DNA from: Chiloscyllium plagiosum
Taxonomy: Eukaryota
Direction of reading: 5' to 3'
Length of the DNA: 64,000 nt
Assembly (NCBI RefSeq): GCF_004010195.1
Contig: NC_057752.1
Span: forward strand, 10,489,830-10,553,829
The notes beneath the pieces were generated by a model. It saw only the letters and a program-made list of their open reading frames with translations. It was not told the DNA's origin and did not search any database. Position numbers and translations under genes: made by a program. Of the stretch, positions 51,405 to 63,581 are shown piece after piece; within the stretch, counting starts at the first letter, position 1, and each line of letters starts with the position of its first letter.

Positions 51405-51945
51405 ACAGAATCACAGAAGCATTATAACTCAGAAGGATTCTGTTTGGTCCATCATGCCTGCATTGGATCTTCAAATGAGCATCGTTAACTATTGTACATC
51501 TTCCACTTGTGTCCTCACACCCTTGCAAACCTTCTGTCCAAATAATCATCCAAATCTCTCTTGGTTGCCTTATTTTTACCTGCCTGCCCCACATTTGCAG
51601 GCAGTGCATTCCAGACCCTAACTGCTTGCTGTGTGAAAAGTCTTTTTTTAATCTCACCTCACGTTTGCTCCTTTTTGAAATCATTTCCATCCATGCCCTC
51701 TGATTCTTGATCCTTTTTTCAGTAAGAACAACTTCCCGCTATCTCCTGCATCCAGCCTGCTCGTGATTTTGAAAACCTCTAACAAATCTCCTCTCAATCT
51801 TCTGTCCAGGGAGAACAGTCCCAATTTCTATACTCGTGTCTGAAGTTTCAAATTCCTAGAACTATTGTAAATTGCTCTGCACTCTCTCCAATGCATTCAC
51901 ATCTTTCCTATAATGTCACAAAACTCTGCATGATATTCCAACTGT
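51405..51945 (-). mobile_element. Degenerate CR1 3' end
   Basis: CACAGAATCACAGAA tail (reverse complement) and CR1-like C-terminal remnants. Confidence 0.7.
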
Positions 51946-52125
51946 GGTCCGTGTCTTTCATGAGCCCACTCGCGTGTCTTTTTTCCACATATCTGTTGAC
52001 TGCCTTACAGTGCATATTCTCCAGTTTCTCCTGAGAGTTTTCTCAACTTATGTTTATACTTTTGTTTCCATGCACAGTGCAGATAATGTCATTCAACAAT
52101 TAACTGCTGGCAATATGCAACCAAA

Positions 52126-52233
52126 GAACCAATATGCCTTCCTGAAGAAGGGCTTATGCTCGAAACATCTATTCTCCTGCTCCTTGGATGCTGCCTGACC
52201 TGCTGCGCTGTTCCAGCAACACATTTTTCAGCT
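52126..52233 (+). mobile_element. Short PLE terminal repeat with hammerhead-like motif and 15-bp TSD
   Basis: CTGAAGAAGGGCTTATGCTCGAAACATC at 52142; CAATATGCAACCAAA at 52111-52125 and 52234-52248. Confidence 0.8.
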
Positions 52234-53254
52234 CAATATGCAACCAAACTACCGATTACTAATGGTGAGACTGTCACCAAAATTTGGAAATTGTATTCAT
52301 GAGAGAAAAGGACATGGAAAGAGGAATTTTGATCAAAGTCTTTAAAATTATAAGAGGAGAATAGAGTTTATAGAAATATGTGGAGTGAATGTTAGTCTTC
52401 ATTACATCCATTTTTCAGGCAAAAAACTTGGGCTGTCGGTGTCAATTACATGTAACGATGTCTGAAATACCAAGCTGGGCAATTTCTTCGGTGACTTAGT
52501 GGCCACCTAAGACAAGTATTAGACTCCTCGGATGGGTCATTGAGTGGCTAAATATTTATTCTGCCAAATTGCCGGAAAAACAGCCAGGCAGAAATGGGCA
52601 TGGAGCCAGGCCAGGAGTGTGGGAATTGATCCTAGAGTGTCAATTGAAGATCATCGACAAATGAACCAACCACAGAGTTCAGATCACATCGACTGGCAGT
52701 CAAACAGAAGAACCACAGAATAGTGACAGCACAGGAAGAGGTCCTGTCCTGTGTATGCTGACCCTCTGCAAGAGCAACTCAGCTCATTCCACACCCCTCG
52801 CCTTTCCTTGCAACTCTGCAATATTTTTCTCATCACGGGCATGTCTATTGAAGGGCCATGATTGAAGTTGCTTCCACCACATCCCAAAGCAGTGCTTTCC
52901 AAATCCTAACCCTCACCACAAAAAAGGTTTGTTCTCATGTTATTGTTGCTTCTGTCAGTTGATGTAACCTGGTTCACAACTCTTTCAACTCAAGTTTTAA
53001 ATTTGTATCAATGAAACTCTTGAGCTTTCTAATTAATAGACAGACTAATAGGTCTGAAATATTAACTGAGGCCTGTTGTTTCTCCTCCACCCTCATTTCT
53101 CATTTGGACAGTCTGATAAAGGAATTTTTCCAACTATGTCATGCCAATGCTAATGAAGGTTCCCACTGAAGCATTGCAGTGGCTATTTTCCAGTCTCTTT
53201 CGGACATTGACTAGTCAACTGTCTATCTCAGCAAAGTCCAAATGGGGGCCTGAC

Positions 53255-53602
53255 AAAGGTAGTGGTGTTACTGGGCTAGTAATCTTGAGGCCCAAGCTAA
53301 TGGTATGGGGACATGGGTTCAAATCTTGGAATGGTATTAGATTTTCAACTCAGATAACAAATCAGCAATTTATTCTTTTCAGTCACAGCTGTTATTGTTT
53401 ATTGTGAAAACCCATCGAAGTCACAAATGCCCTTTAAAAAAGGAATTCTGCCCTCCTTACCTGATCTGGCCTTCCTGTGACAGCAATGTGGTTGACTCTT
53501 AACTGACCTCTGAAATGACTTTGTAAGTCACTCATTTTAAGGGCCATTAGGGATGGGCAACAAATGTTGGGCTTGCCAGTGATGCCCACAAGCTATGAAA
53601 GA
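53255..53602 (+). mobile_element. SacSINE1-like Deu-domain SINE
   Basis: Head, Deu core and TTAGGGATGGGCAACAAATGTTGG...GATGCCCACA tail. Confidence 0.7.
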
Positions 53603-54499
53603 GCATCCATTCTGACCTCACTGGAAATGATATTCAAGTGTAGAAGTCAAGATTTGCCCCTAAACTTAATTCCTTTTGGAGGTTGGGTTGAGGGATGGAA
53701 GGCAGAAGTGTCTTAATTTAGTGCAGGCATTAATCTCCATCTAGTGTGTCAATGGCCTCCACGTGTGCTGCGATTTATTCCTTCAAAGCGTTAAGTTTAG
53801 CCAGCTGTGGGTTTTCACTAGTATGACTCTGTCAGCAGCAGTACACTGGAGGCTACTGTTTTCAATCCAATGCCAGATCCTGTCGCAGTTTATTCCACTG
53901 AGCTCCCTGAATTGCAGCCCAGTTTTTAAGCTTATGTTGCCAAAAGCAGATTCCTCTCTTGCTGCAGTCAAACCTCCCTCTATTAAAGCAGGACTGACCA
54001 GGGTTCATTAGTGTTTTGTATCGCTGCACTGCACATTCTGTCACGCCTTTGCATTCAAAGAAAGCCGAGAGCAAGAATGAAAGAAACTCTTTACCACTTG
54101 ATAGGTGATCCCTGGCCCACCTCCAGCCCAACCTTTCTTGTCCCTCTTTCTCTCTCTAGCTGACTGAGAGAGTGATGCCTTAGCTCAGTAAATGCATTGC
54201 CTTGGAACAAACCTTCACAAACCTTGCATTGCCTTGGAATTTGATGGTACAGCATTGAATCCCTGCAAGCAGAGCTCCTGTTCTGAAATTTGGGCTGACA
54301 TCCAATGAGACATTTGTGTCTCTGGGTGTCTCCCACCTCAGCAGATGGGTTGGGGACTCTCCTGCCATTTTGGACTAACTACCCATATCAGCTGGAGTAA
54401 TAACAATATTATGGCCTGTCAGAACTGCTTATCATGTTGCAAATCCTACAGAGAATAACATAAAGGACATAAATTCTACTGTGAAAACTACCACTGTTT

Positions 54500-54845
54500 T
54501 CACAGTATCCCTACAGGATAGAAGCAGGCCATTCGGCCCATTGGGGCCACACCAACCCTCTGAAAAGCATCCCACTCAGACTCTTAACCGCTTATCCTAT
54601 AACCCTGTATTTACCATGGTTAGTCCACCTAGCCTGCACACCCCTAGGCACTATGGGCAATTTAGCATTGGCCAATCCATCTGACCTGCACATTTTTGAA
54701 CTGTGGGAGGAAACTGGAGCAGCCAGAGGAAACCCGCACAGACATGAGGAGAATGTGCAAATTCCATACAGACAGTCACCTGAGGGTGGAATTGAACTTG
54801 GGTCCCTGGCACTGTGAAGCACTACTGAGCCATCGAGCTGCCCCA
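54500..54845 (-). mobile_element. HE1-type SINE
   Basis: Reverse complement of the HE1 consensus. Confidence 0.88.
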
Positions 54846-55327
54846 CATTCCATTGCTCTTCTTGAACATTCTCTTGTCTTCCACATGCTCAGTATATCAG
54901 AATGAAAGGGTCAATTTGTGTTGCAGTGCTTTCCAGGAGAGTGACACGGACAGAGAGCAAAACTTTGTATCTCTTGGCCAGAGATTTTTTTGAAGACGCT
55001 CTCCATCATTGCCATGTGCTACAGGAAATCCCAAGCAATGTCACCAGTTCCGAAGACGCATTGCACCATTTCCTAATTTGACTCAACATTTTTCCGGGCC
55101 TCAAACACGTAGACCTTCTTACTGTGCCCAGTCTTCAATTCCTCACACAATCTACAGCCTGTTTAACCCAAGCATTAGAGTCATACAGGATTCAATGTTC
55201 ACGTCTCTCACCACAGATGCTGCCAGACCTCCTGAGTTTCTACAGTTAGTTCTGTTTTTATTTTAAACTTCCAACATCTGTGGTATTTTGCTATGATTTG
55301 AGTGCTTAACCTAAGCATGATGCACCA

Positions 55328-56066
55328 TGGGAGACAATGGCCTAGCGGTATTGTCGCTACACTATTAATCCAGAAACTCTGCTAATGTTCTGGGAACCTT
55401 GGATCAAATTGCACCATGGCAGATGGTGGCATTTGAATTCAAAAATATCTGGAATTAAGGATCTAATTATGACTTTGCTAATTGTTGGAAAAACCCATCC
55501 AGTTCACTATGAAATAAAAACCGAAAGAACTGTGGACGCTGTAAATCAGAAACAAAAACAGAAATTGCTGGAAAAGCTCATCAGATCTGGCAGCATCTGT
55601 GAAGAGAAGTGGAGGAAGGGCTGAGGAAGTGTCACCTGACTCAAAATGTTAACTCTGATTCCCCATCTGGTTCACTAATGTCCTTGAGGGAAGGAAATCT
55701 GGCAGCCTTACTTGGTCTGGCCTGTATGTTACTCCAGACACATAGTAACGTGGTTGATTCTCAACTGGCCTCTGAAGCGACCTAGCAAGCTACTCAGTTG
55801 TATTGATCACTATGAAGGAATGAAACAGGATGGGCCACTCGGCACTAACATAGGCACCTCTAGCCAAGCTGTTCCAGAACAGCTACTATATCAAAATAGT
55901 GATCTACCTAACCATGTGGCAAATTGCCAGGGTATGTCCTGTACATAAAAAGTAGAACAAATCCAACCCGGCCAATTACCACCCTCACAGTCTACTCTCT
56001 ATCATCAGTAAAGTGATGGAACGTGCCATGAATAGTGTTATCAAGCAGCACCAGCTCAGTGATGCC
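55328..56066 (+). mobile_element. Deu-SINE-like head fused to CR1-group LINE RT (left part; continues at 61786)
   Basis: Head GGAGACAATGGCCTAGCGGTATTG, Deu core, then CTAGCCAAGCTGTTCCAG...AATCCAACCCGGCCAATTACC (LAKLFQ...SNPANY); PLE insert at 55510-55660. Confidence 0.75.
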
Positions 56067-58029
56067 TGAAATAACTGCACAGAGGCTGGTATCCCGTCAC
56101 AAAATCATCCGTTATTTATTTGTTGAGAATCCTTGACACTGATCCAGTTCCCTCCTAGCCAGCTCTCAGAGTGAACAGGATGTTTGACACTCCTGTTCCT
56201 TTTTGTCAGCCAGGGCTCCCTAATTGGGGCTTTTAATCTGGTCCAATCAGGGAACTCATAATCTGAGGTCCACCTGGCTGACCTCGTTACAATCACTGCA
56301 TCCCTGGATCTAGGCTGTTTTTGTTTTGTAGCTCGTTTAGCACTGAGTCAGGTTCCTCCGACTCTGCCTCTGATACAGGCAGCGTGTATCGCATAGTAGC
56401 TTGCCTCTCGCACCCGGAATTCCTTGGAAGAAATTGATTCCCTTCAGGTTGCAAAGGTGGTAACATCCACTGAGTCCATCTCAGATTCCAAGGTATCTTC
56501 AACGCTTGACGGAGAGGGAGAACCTACGTGTTCCACAAAAGTTAGAAAGGCTATCAAAGAGCTGGGCATATTTTGTCCCACACCATTGCGAGTTTGCAGC
56601 TTTCATATGGTCCACGTTCACGACCATCTTACCTACCCAAGCCTTGTACATGACTGGACCTGACTTTGCGTCAACTGTGCCTCTTACCCACGCAGGGCCA
56701 TTCTCATGGTTCCTATACCAAACTTCATCCCCTGATGTAAACTGTCTCTCTCACATAGCAGAGTCTTGTGTCTGGAATTGGCGTTCTGCTTGCCGGTTCA
56801 CCCTCCCCTTCCCAGGTCCAGGAAAACCTGATTTAACCTGGTGTGGAGTCTTCTCCAACTCTGCTGGAGCTATCCCTGTAAATGCATGAGAGGTGGTCCT
56901 ATAATCAAATAGGAACGGGGACACTTTGGTATCTAGTGAAAATGTAGTCTGTTTCTTTAAGCCTGCTTTCAAAGTTTGGACTGTTCTTTCTGCCAGACTA
57001 TTGGATGATTGATGGTATGGAGCTGTCCTAGTCTGCCAAATAACATTCAACTTTAGGAAATACTCATATTCCTTGCTGGTAAACAATGGCCCATTATCTG
57101 TGGCTAACGCTTCTGGGAGTCCGTGTATTGCAAAAGACGTGTGCAGTTTTTCGTCAAACGCTGAGACAGTGATAGAATGAACTCTATGCATGTCCAGTCA
57201 CTTTGACTGGGTGTCCACAATGACTAAGAACATTGAGCCCATGAAAGGACCTGCATAATCAATGACCTGCATAACCATGAATGTGGGGGAGCTGCTGGTG
57301 GTAATTTTTGTCCTTGTTGGCACTCTGGGCACTTTCCCACCAATGTGGCTATGCCTGTACTCAATCCTGGCCACCAGACATAACTTCTCGCCAACATCTT
57401 CATTTTGGAAACTCCTGGATCACCCTGGTGGAGTGCAGGCAGTATCTGGCAGCAACCTTTGCTCAGGACAATCACCCTTGGTCCCCATAATAATATGACG
57501 TCCTCTACTGTGATCTGGTCTCTCTGGGTCCAAAAAGGTTTCAGTTCTGATTGTGACAAGCCTTTGGTATCCCCCATAATCCCCAGCTGTTTCAGTTTTG
57601 CCAGGACTGGATATTTCTGTGCCCAAAGTCTGATATTGTCAGCTGTGACTGGAAGTGTGTCCAGAAAATTTATAACAATTACGGACACTTCCAGTGGCAG
57701 TACCACTGGTGATGTATCTGCCAGTGAGAGGTATTGTCAGTTAGTGCAATTTTTCAGAGAACATTTTACAAGATTTACCCCAGGTCACCATTTATCTGAA
57801 TGATGCGCTAATAACATCAGTTATCCACTTTTGCTACTTGGCTTCCTGGATGGTGTTCCAACTTGCAATTACATGCCCTTATAGTTAGAGCCCATCACTG
57901 AATTCCATGTGAAGCTATGGGCAACATTGCCTTATCTTCTTTAAGCAGACCTTGCAGGGGTTTGTGGTCCCTTATTATTACAAATGTATATCCGTAAAAG
58001 ATATTGGTATAACCTCCTGACTCCAAATA

Positions 58030-58612
58030 GAACTTTAGTTAGGCCACACTTGGAATATTATGGACAGTTCTAGTCATCACACGACCAGAGGATGCGGATG
58101 CTTTGGAGAGGGTACAGAAAAAGTTTACCAGGATATTACCTGGTATGGGGGATTTTAGCTCTGAAGAAAAGTTGGCTAGACTGGGTTTGTGTTCACTGGA
58201 ACACAGGAGGTTGAGGGGCGACCTGATCGAAGTTTATAAGATTGTGAACGGCATGGATAGAGTGGGAAGTATGAGGCTTTTTCCCAGGGTGGAGGGATCA
58301 GTTACTAAGGGACACAGGTTCAAGGGATGAGGGGAGGGGTGGGGGTTTTTAAAAGAACTGTGTGAGGCAAGTTTTTCACACAAAGGCTGGCGATTGCCTG
58401 GAGCGTGTTGCCAGGGAAGATGGTGGAAGCAGACACAATAACAGCATTCAGGAAGCACCCGGACAAATACATGAATAGGAAGGGAATAGAGGGATATGGA
58501 TCCTGTAAATGAAGGCAGTTTTAGTATGGAAGGGCAACATGTGTCAGTGCAGGTTTGGAGGGCCAAAGGGCCTGTTCCTGTGCTGTATTATTCTTCATTT
58601 TCTTTGTTCTAT
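58030..58612 (+). mobile_element. CR1 3' end nested in the Gypsy RNase H region
   Basis: ERVQKKFTRILPG...LRGDLIEVYKI. Confidence 0.9.
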
Positions 58613-59289
58613 GACCGCCAAACCTTCCTTCTCTACCTGGGCATATTTACACTCTGCATTAGCTAAAGTCCTGGTTGCACATGCTATTGGGCTTTCCTTT
58701 CCATTGGGCCACCTATGAGCTAATATTACCCCGATGCCGTACAGGGAGGCATCACATGTTAATACCAGGTCTTGCTGGGGATCATGGTGTGCCAAGACCT
58801 TCGAGGATGTTTCTTCTCTTCCCTGTAGGCTATGACTTGGCTACATGACCATTTCCAAGTCTGACCTTTATTTTAAGAATTGATGCAAAGGATGGAGGCC
58901 AGGTTCTGTATGAACTTTCTGTAAGAATTCACCAGACCAAGAAAAAATCCTAGGCTCCAGTATAGACGTGGAAGCTAGGGCACCTTAGATTACCCTCACA
59001 TTATCTTCAAGTAAGTGTAACCCAATCTTTTTGGTTCTAGCCCAAGTAGATCACTTGGGGTGCCTGGAACACACATTAAGGCATACACCTGCCTGGGAGA
59101 AACATCTGTGAGAAAGTTCTCTAAGTGCTTCTTGTTGGTCTACCCTGTTATTAGCGCATCATTCAGATAAATGGTGACCTGGGGTAAATCTTGTAAAATG
59201 TTCTCTGAAAAATTGCACTAACTGACAATACCCCAAATGGCAGTTTGTATATTAGTACAAACCCTTATGGGTTTTAATTGTTGCACAGT

Positions 59290-59625
59290 AATTGGTGGTT
59301 AGCACTACTGCCTCACAGAACCAGGGACCTGGATTTGATTCCAGCCTCAGGCAGCTATCTGTGTGGAGTTTGCACATTCTCCCTGTGTCTGCGTGGGTTT
59401 CCTCCAGGTGCTCTGATTTCCTCCCACAGTCCAAGGATGTGTAAGTTAGGTGAATTGGCCATGCTAAATTGCCTATAATGCCAAGGGATATGCAGGTTAG
59501 GTAGATTAACCATAGGAAATACAGAGTTATAGAGTAAAGCGTTGTGAGTCTGGGTGGGATGCTTTTCAGAGGGTTGGTGTGGACTCAATGGGCTGAATAG
59601 CCTGCTTCCAAACTGTAGGGAGTCT
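59290..59625 (+). mobile_element. HE1-type SINE nested in the Gypsy element
   Basis: GTGGTTAGCACTACTGCCTCACAG head and V-domain. Confidence 0.9.
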
Positions 59626-61363
59626 TCTGTTCTGTAAGTAGTTCTATGAATCCACATCTAACTGCAATTGCAGATATGTGTGGCTTATGTTCAGCTTCAT
59701 GAAGGACAGTTCCCCCCACTGCCCCCCCCCCCCAACCCGCCAGTTTTGTGTGTCAGTCTTCTCCGCAATGGATTAGGTATCTATCCAGCTGTGAGAAAAG
59801 TGGTTTACTATTTGTTTAAAGTCCCCACAAAGGCGAATCAACCTGTTGGATTTCACAATCGATACAACTGATGCTGCCCTTTGCACAAACTGGACTGATT
59901 TGATGATTTCTCCGCTTTCCAACCTCCTGATTTCTGCCTCTACTTTTGCACTGGCTGGGTCTCACGGAATCGTGGAACTGCATCCTGGTCAAAATGCAAG
60001 GTTGGCACCTTTAATAGTCCCTAGACCTTCCCAAAAAAATTTGGATATTTAATTAGGACATCACTCAAACAGCCATTTTCTAATAGAAAAATGTTGAGCC
60101 AATGAAGGTGAATCTTTCTTAACCAATTTTGTCCCATCGAGCTTGAGCCCGAGCCTTTTACTACATTCAGTTGTAACTGAACCAGCTGCTTCTCATAAGG
60201 GACCAGAATGGAAGCTGAACCTTTAATCTGTAAAGGTTCCCTCATATAGGTTCTCAGTCTAGTGGAGGACGTGTACAAACTTAAGAATTGGAGTCCAGAG
60301 CAAATTTTGTTAAAGACTGGTTCTGTGATCATTGAAACAACCACGCTGGGTTAAAACTGGGTGACATTTACCCAGGCATTTATTTTAATTGGTTCTGATT
60401 TGGATGTTCCCTAGCAATTTAACTGTTCCAAAACAGATATAGATGAGCTTTCCAGGGTGTGCACTCTCCTAGATAACAGACTATGAGTTCTCTGACTCTA
60501 CTTAGGTCTAGTGGGATTCTTTTGCTTCCTCAAGTCCGCATACCCGCAGCAACTACAATGGCTTACTGGCTAGGAACCTGAAGAAAGTTTTAACGGTTTG
60601 GCCGAGGCTTGGCTTTCTTTTGGTGTTCTGCCATGGGCTGACCTAAAGTCCCTCTGTTCAGGATATGTCCTGAGTGAGGTTATGCATTTGTTTCCACTCT
60701 CAAGTGGTGTCCCCCAAGCTCAGTCAGACTGGTGAGGATGGTCCACTTCCATTGGAATACCCTGCAATTCAAATGCTCCACTTGCTACATTTTCCTATGA
60801 TAAAGCCAGTTGTAAGGCCTGTTTGAAGTCCAGCTGGGCTTCAGCTAGTAGGTGCTTTTGCACGGCTAAATCATTCATCCCACATACCAATTGGTCTCTT
60901 AGCATCTCATTAAGGGTTAAACCAAAGTCACGTGCCTCGTCTTAACCTTGTCAAAAATCCTGATATAGATTCCATTGGTTCTCAAATTGCTGAGTAAAAT
61001 CAATAGCATCTCAGAATAAGAGGAGGCTTGGGGTTGTAATATTCCTTAACTAAATCCATCAGCCCTTTAAAAGTTTTTGTATCTGGTGCCTTACGGGAAG
61101 TTAGGCTTCTAATAACTGAAAAATCTGTGGGTCCACACGCTGTCAGGAGAATTACCTGTTGCTTTTCATCTATCCCAACACATTCTTTTCACATACTGGG
61201 CCCAGTTTTTGATGACAGTATCGAATGAGTCAAGCTTCCCAAATAACTGCATGATGCCAGAAATGCTTACCCCAACTCAAAGACAATTGTTGAGAGTGAA
61301 TCCCTTCAGGAGCATGCTTTTCTCTCATCACCACGGAAATAACTCTTGTTAGACACTCCCTGT

Positions 61364-61668
61364 TCTTTATTTTTTCCTTTTTTTTATTAAACAGTACAAA
61401 ATACAGTTGTAGTTCACAGAAAAACACTATGTACAGGGGAAAGGCAGCAAAGCCAAACCCCAAACTCCACTGTTCAACCAGTTTTCAGGGAGATGAGGAC
61501 AAACCTCAAATCTCACTTCCATTCATCACAAAGGTAACAGTAACAAACACAGGCAAGATAGTGCAATCAAATGAAAAGCAGTGCATAGAACACAGACCCA
61601 ATATAGCCATAAAAAAAGACACCTGACACCAGTCCCTACCACATACTGACCAGACCGTCCTTGGCTAG
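61364..61668 (-). mobile_element. Poly(A)-tailed non-LTR 3' end inserted in the Gypsy 5' LTR
   Basis: Minus strand ends AATAAAAAAAAGGAAAAAATAAAGA; flanked by GACACTCC(C)TGT at 61352-61363 and 61669-61679. Confidence 0.75.
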
Positions 61669-61785
61669 GACACTCCTGTACTTATGTGTCAGCCAGGGCT
61701 CCATTATTGGACCAGATTAATGGCTCCAATCAGGAAACTCATATCCTGTGAGGTCCACCTGGCTGACTTCATTGCAATCATTACA

Positions 61786-62305
61786 AAGCCCAGTGTGTAT
61801 TTTGCTAGGGTCACTCAGCTCCTGGCCTTGGTTCAAATATGGACAAAAGGGCTGAATTCCACAGGTGAGGTGAGAGTGACAGCCCTTGGCATGAAGGTTG
61901 CATTTGACTGGGTGTGGCATCAAGTAGCCCTAGAAGTGGTTTGCCAATGTTTAGCACCATCCGCGACTCCTCGGATCCTGAAGCAATCCATGTTCAAATG
62001 CAACAAGATGTGAACAATATCCAGGCTTAGACTGAAAAGTGCTAAATAATATTCATGTCACACAAATGCCAGGCAATAACCATCCTAAATAAAAGGCAAT
62101 CTAACCACCAGCTCTTGACATTCAATCACTTTACCATCACTGAATCCCCCACTATCAACATCCTGGGGTTACCATAAACCAGAAACTCAACTGGATTTGC
62201 CACATACACAGTGAGTAGAAGAGCAGGTCAGAGGCTAGGAATACTGCAGTGAGTAACTCACCACCTGACTCCCCAAAGCGTGTCGCCCATCTAATGTCAG
62301 GAGTG
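61786..62305 (+). mobile_element. CR1-group LINE RT, right part (continuation of 55860-56066)
   Basis: ALVQIWTKGLNSTGEVRVTALGMKVAFDWVWHQ. Confidence 0.82.
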
Positions 62306-62320
62306 CCCACCTCTCTCTAC

Positions 62321-62518
62321 CTGTGGATTCCAGAACATTTTGTGCAGAAGGTGATGCCTAGATTGATGCTGGTCCATTCTGACTGGTGTTCATTGCAATC
62401 ACAGCAATGAATGTTCCCTAGGATGCATTGCACCTGGTATAGACCCTTTTCCTTTCCGGGTTTTTCCTTGTCAGGGAGATCCAAGACCCCTGTAGATATA
62501 GACAAGGTCCTTTCCAAC
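62321..62518 (-). CDS. Single exon of an ACAP/centaurin-beta-type ArfGAP gene (possibly pseudogenic); paralog not resolved
   Basis: LERTLSISTGVLD...VQCILGNIHCCDCNEHQSEWTSINLGITFCTKCSGIHR = CxxC-x16-CxxC-x4-R ArfGAP finger; phase-2 donor CACAG|gtagag; weak acceptor ttttccgaag|. Confidence 0.8.
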
Positions 62519-62764
62519 TTCGGAAAAGACACCAAGCTGAACACTAACAAATATAGATAACAACAGCAAGAAATTCTTTTAACAAAGTATAGTTCATAGC
62601 TCAGCAGAGTCAGGATAGGTTTCAGGAAGGATGCTGAACAGTTTCCCTGAAGCTGGTGACATCTGTTAATCTCGCAAGACCACGGATCTGCACCTGGGAA
62701 GTCTTGCTTCAATCTCTATTGGTAGAGCACTGTCTGTTGTAGCTGTAGAGGCCCACATGGGAGT

Positions 62765-63215
62765 GGCAGTCTCGGCTGTAGTCACTACACTTGAAGGCGC
62801 TGTCCTCCGGTGTTGTCTTGGTACTGTTTTTTCGCCGAGTGCGCTTTTCTTCAGTTAGCCTCAGCGTCTCTTCTCTTTTTCGAAGAGTGCATAATTCTAG
62901 CCTCCAGCAGAGCGATCACTTGCAATGTCCTCCCAGCTCTCCACATTCATGTTCAGTGACTTCAGGTCTCTCTTGCAGACATCTTTGAGACGAAGATGGA
63001 GCTGCCCTTGTGCTCTCTTGCCAGAGGCCAGTTCCCTGTATAGCAGGTCTTTCGGGATCGTTCCGTCTGACATGGCCCAGCCAGTAGAGGCAGCATCGTT
63101 GGAGCACTCTGAAAAGGCTGGGCATCTGGGCGCAGACCAGGACCTCGTTATTGGTGACTTGGTCAGTCCACTTGATGTCCAGGCTGTGAGGAGTCAGTGC
63201 CTTCACAACCTGGAA
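62765..63215 (-). mobile_element. RTE-clade LINE 3' fragment
   Basis: LDIKWTDQVTNNEVL...LYWLGHVRR. Confidence 0.85.
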
Positions 63216-63404
63216 GTCACTGGGCATTGAACCACACAAACCAAATTCCACCCTCTGTCTGATCATTGATTTCGATTTGGAAGAGGGTAATCAAGGGACC
63301 ACAATTAAATTCTTGCAAAGAGAAGTGTAAAAACCAGCTGGGTTACCGTTTCTGATCACAGGCCAATAGTCACTATGGAAATGTACAGCTGTGTAATGTC
63401 AGGC

Positions 63405-63531
63405 TGAAATAACTGCACAGAGGCTGGTATCCCATCACCAGGTCACAGTTTATTTACATGTGCATAGTACATTGGCTGTGGCCAGCCAACTCGGAGTCAG
63501 TCCCCTGAACTGACAGGATTCGAAATTCCCT

Positions 63532-63540
<9 letters not shown>
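63405..63540 (-). mobile_element. Gypsy LTR 3' half (related subfamily)
   Basis: TGAAATAACTGCACAGAGGCTGGTATCCC matches the start of LTR 56067; ends at CCCTGTTTATA (TATA region). Confidence 0.82.
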
Positions 63541-63568
<28 letters not shown>

Positions 63569-63581
63569 TATTATATATATA
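63535..63581. repeat. (TA)n microsatellite
   Basis: Direct reading. Confidence 0.95.

Larger units (their letters stand above)
56067..61785 (-). mobile_element. Degenerate Gypsy/Ty3 LTR retrotransposon with both LTRs
   Basis: 3' LTR 56067-56300, 5' LTR ~61335-61785, PBS-like TGGTGATGAG; integrase (GLPEALATDNGP...APYHQSSNSLAERTVQTLK), Zn region (LARSYVWWPG), RNase H (LTCDASLYGIGVIL...YAQVEKEGLAV), RT YLNDALIT; imperfect TSD ATGCC/AAGCC. Confidence 0.93.

Noticed and set aside
62519..62712. N-terminal part of the 131-aa ORF 62317-62712 as protein
   Set aside because: It lies upstream of the likely acceptor, has intron-like composition and no ACAP similarity
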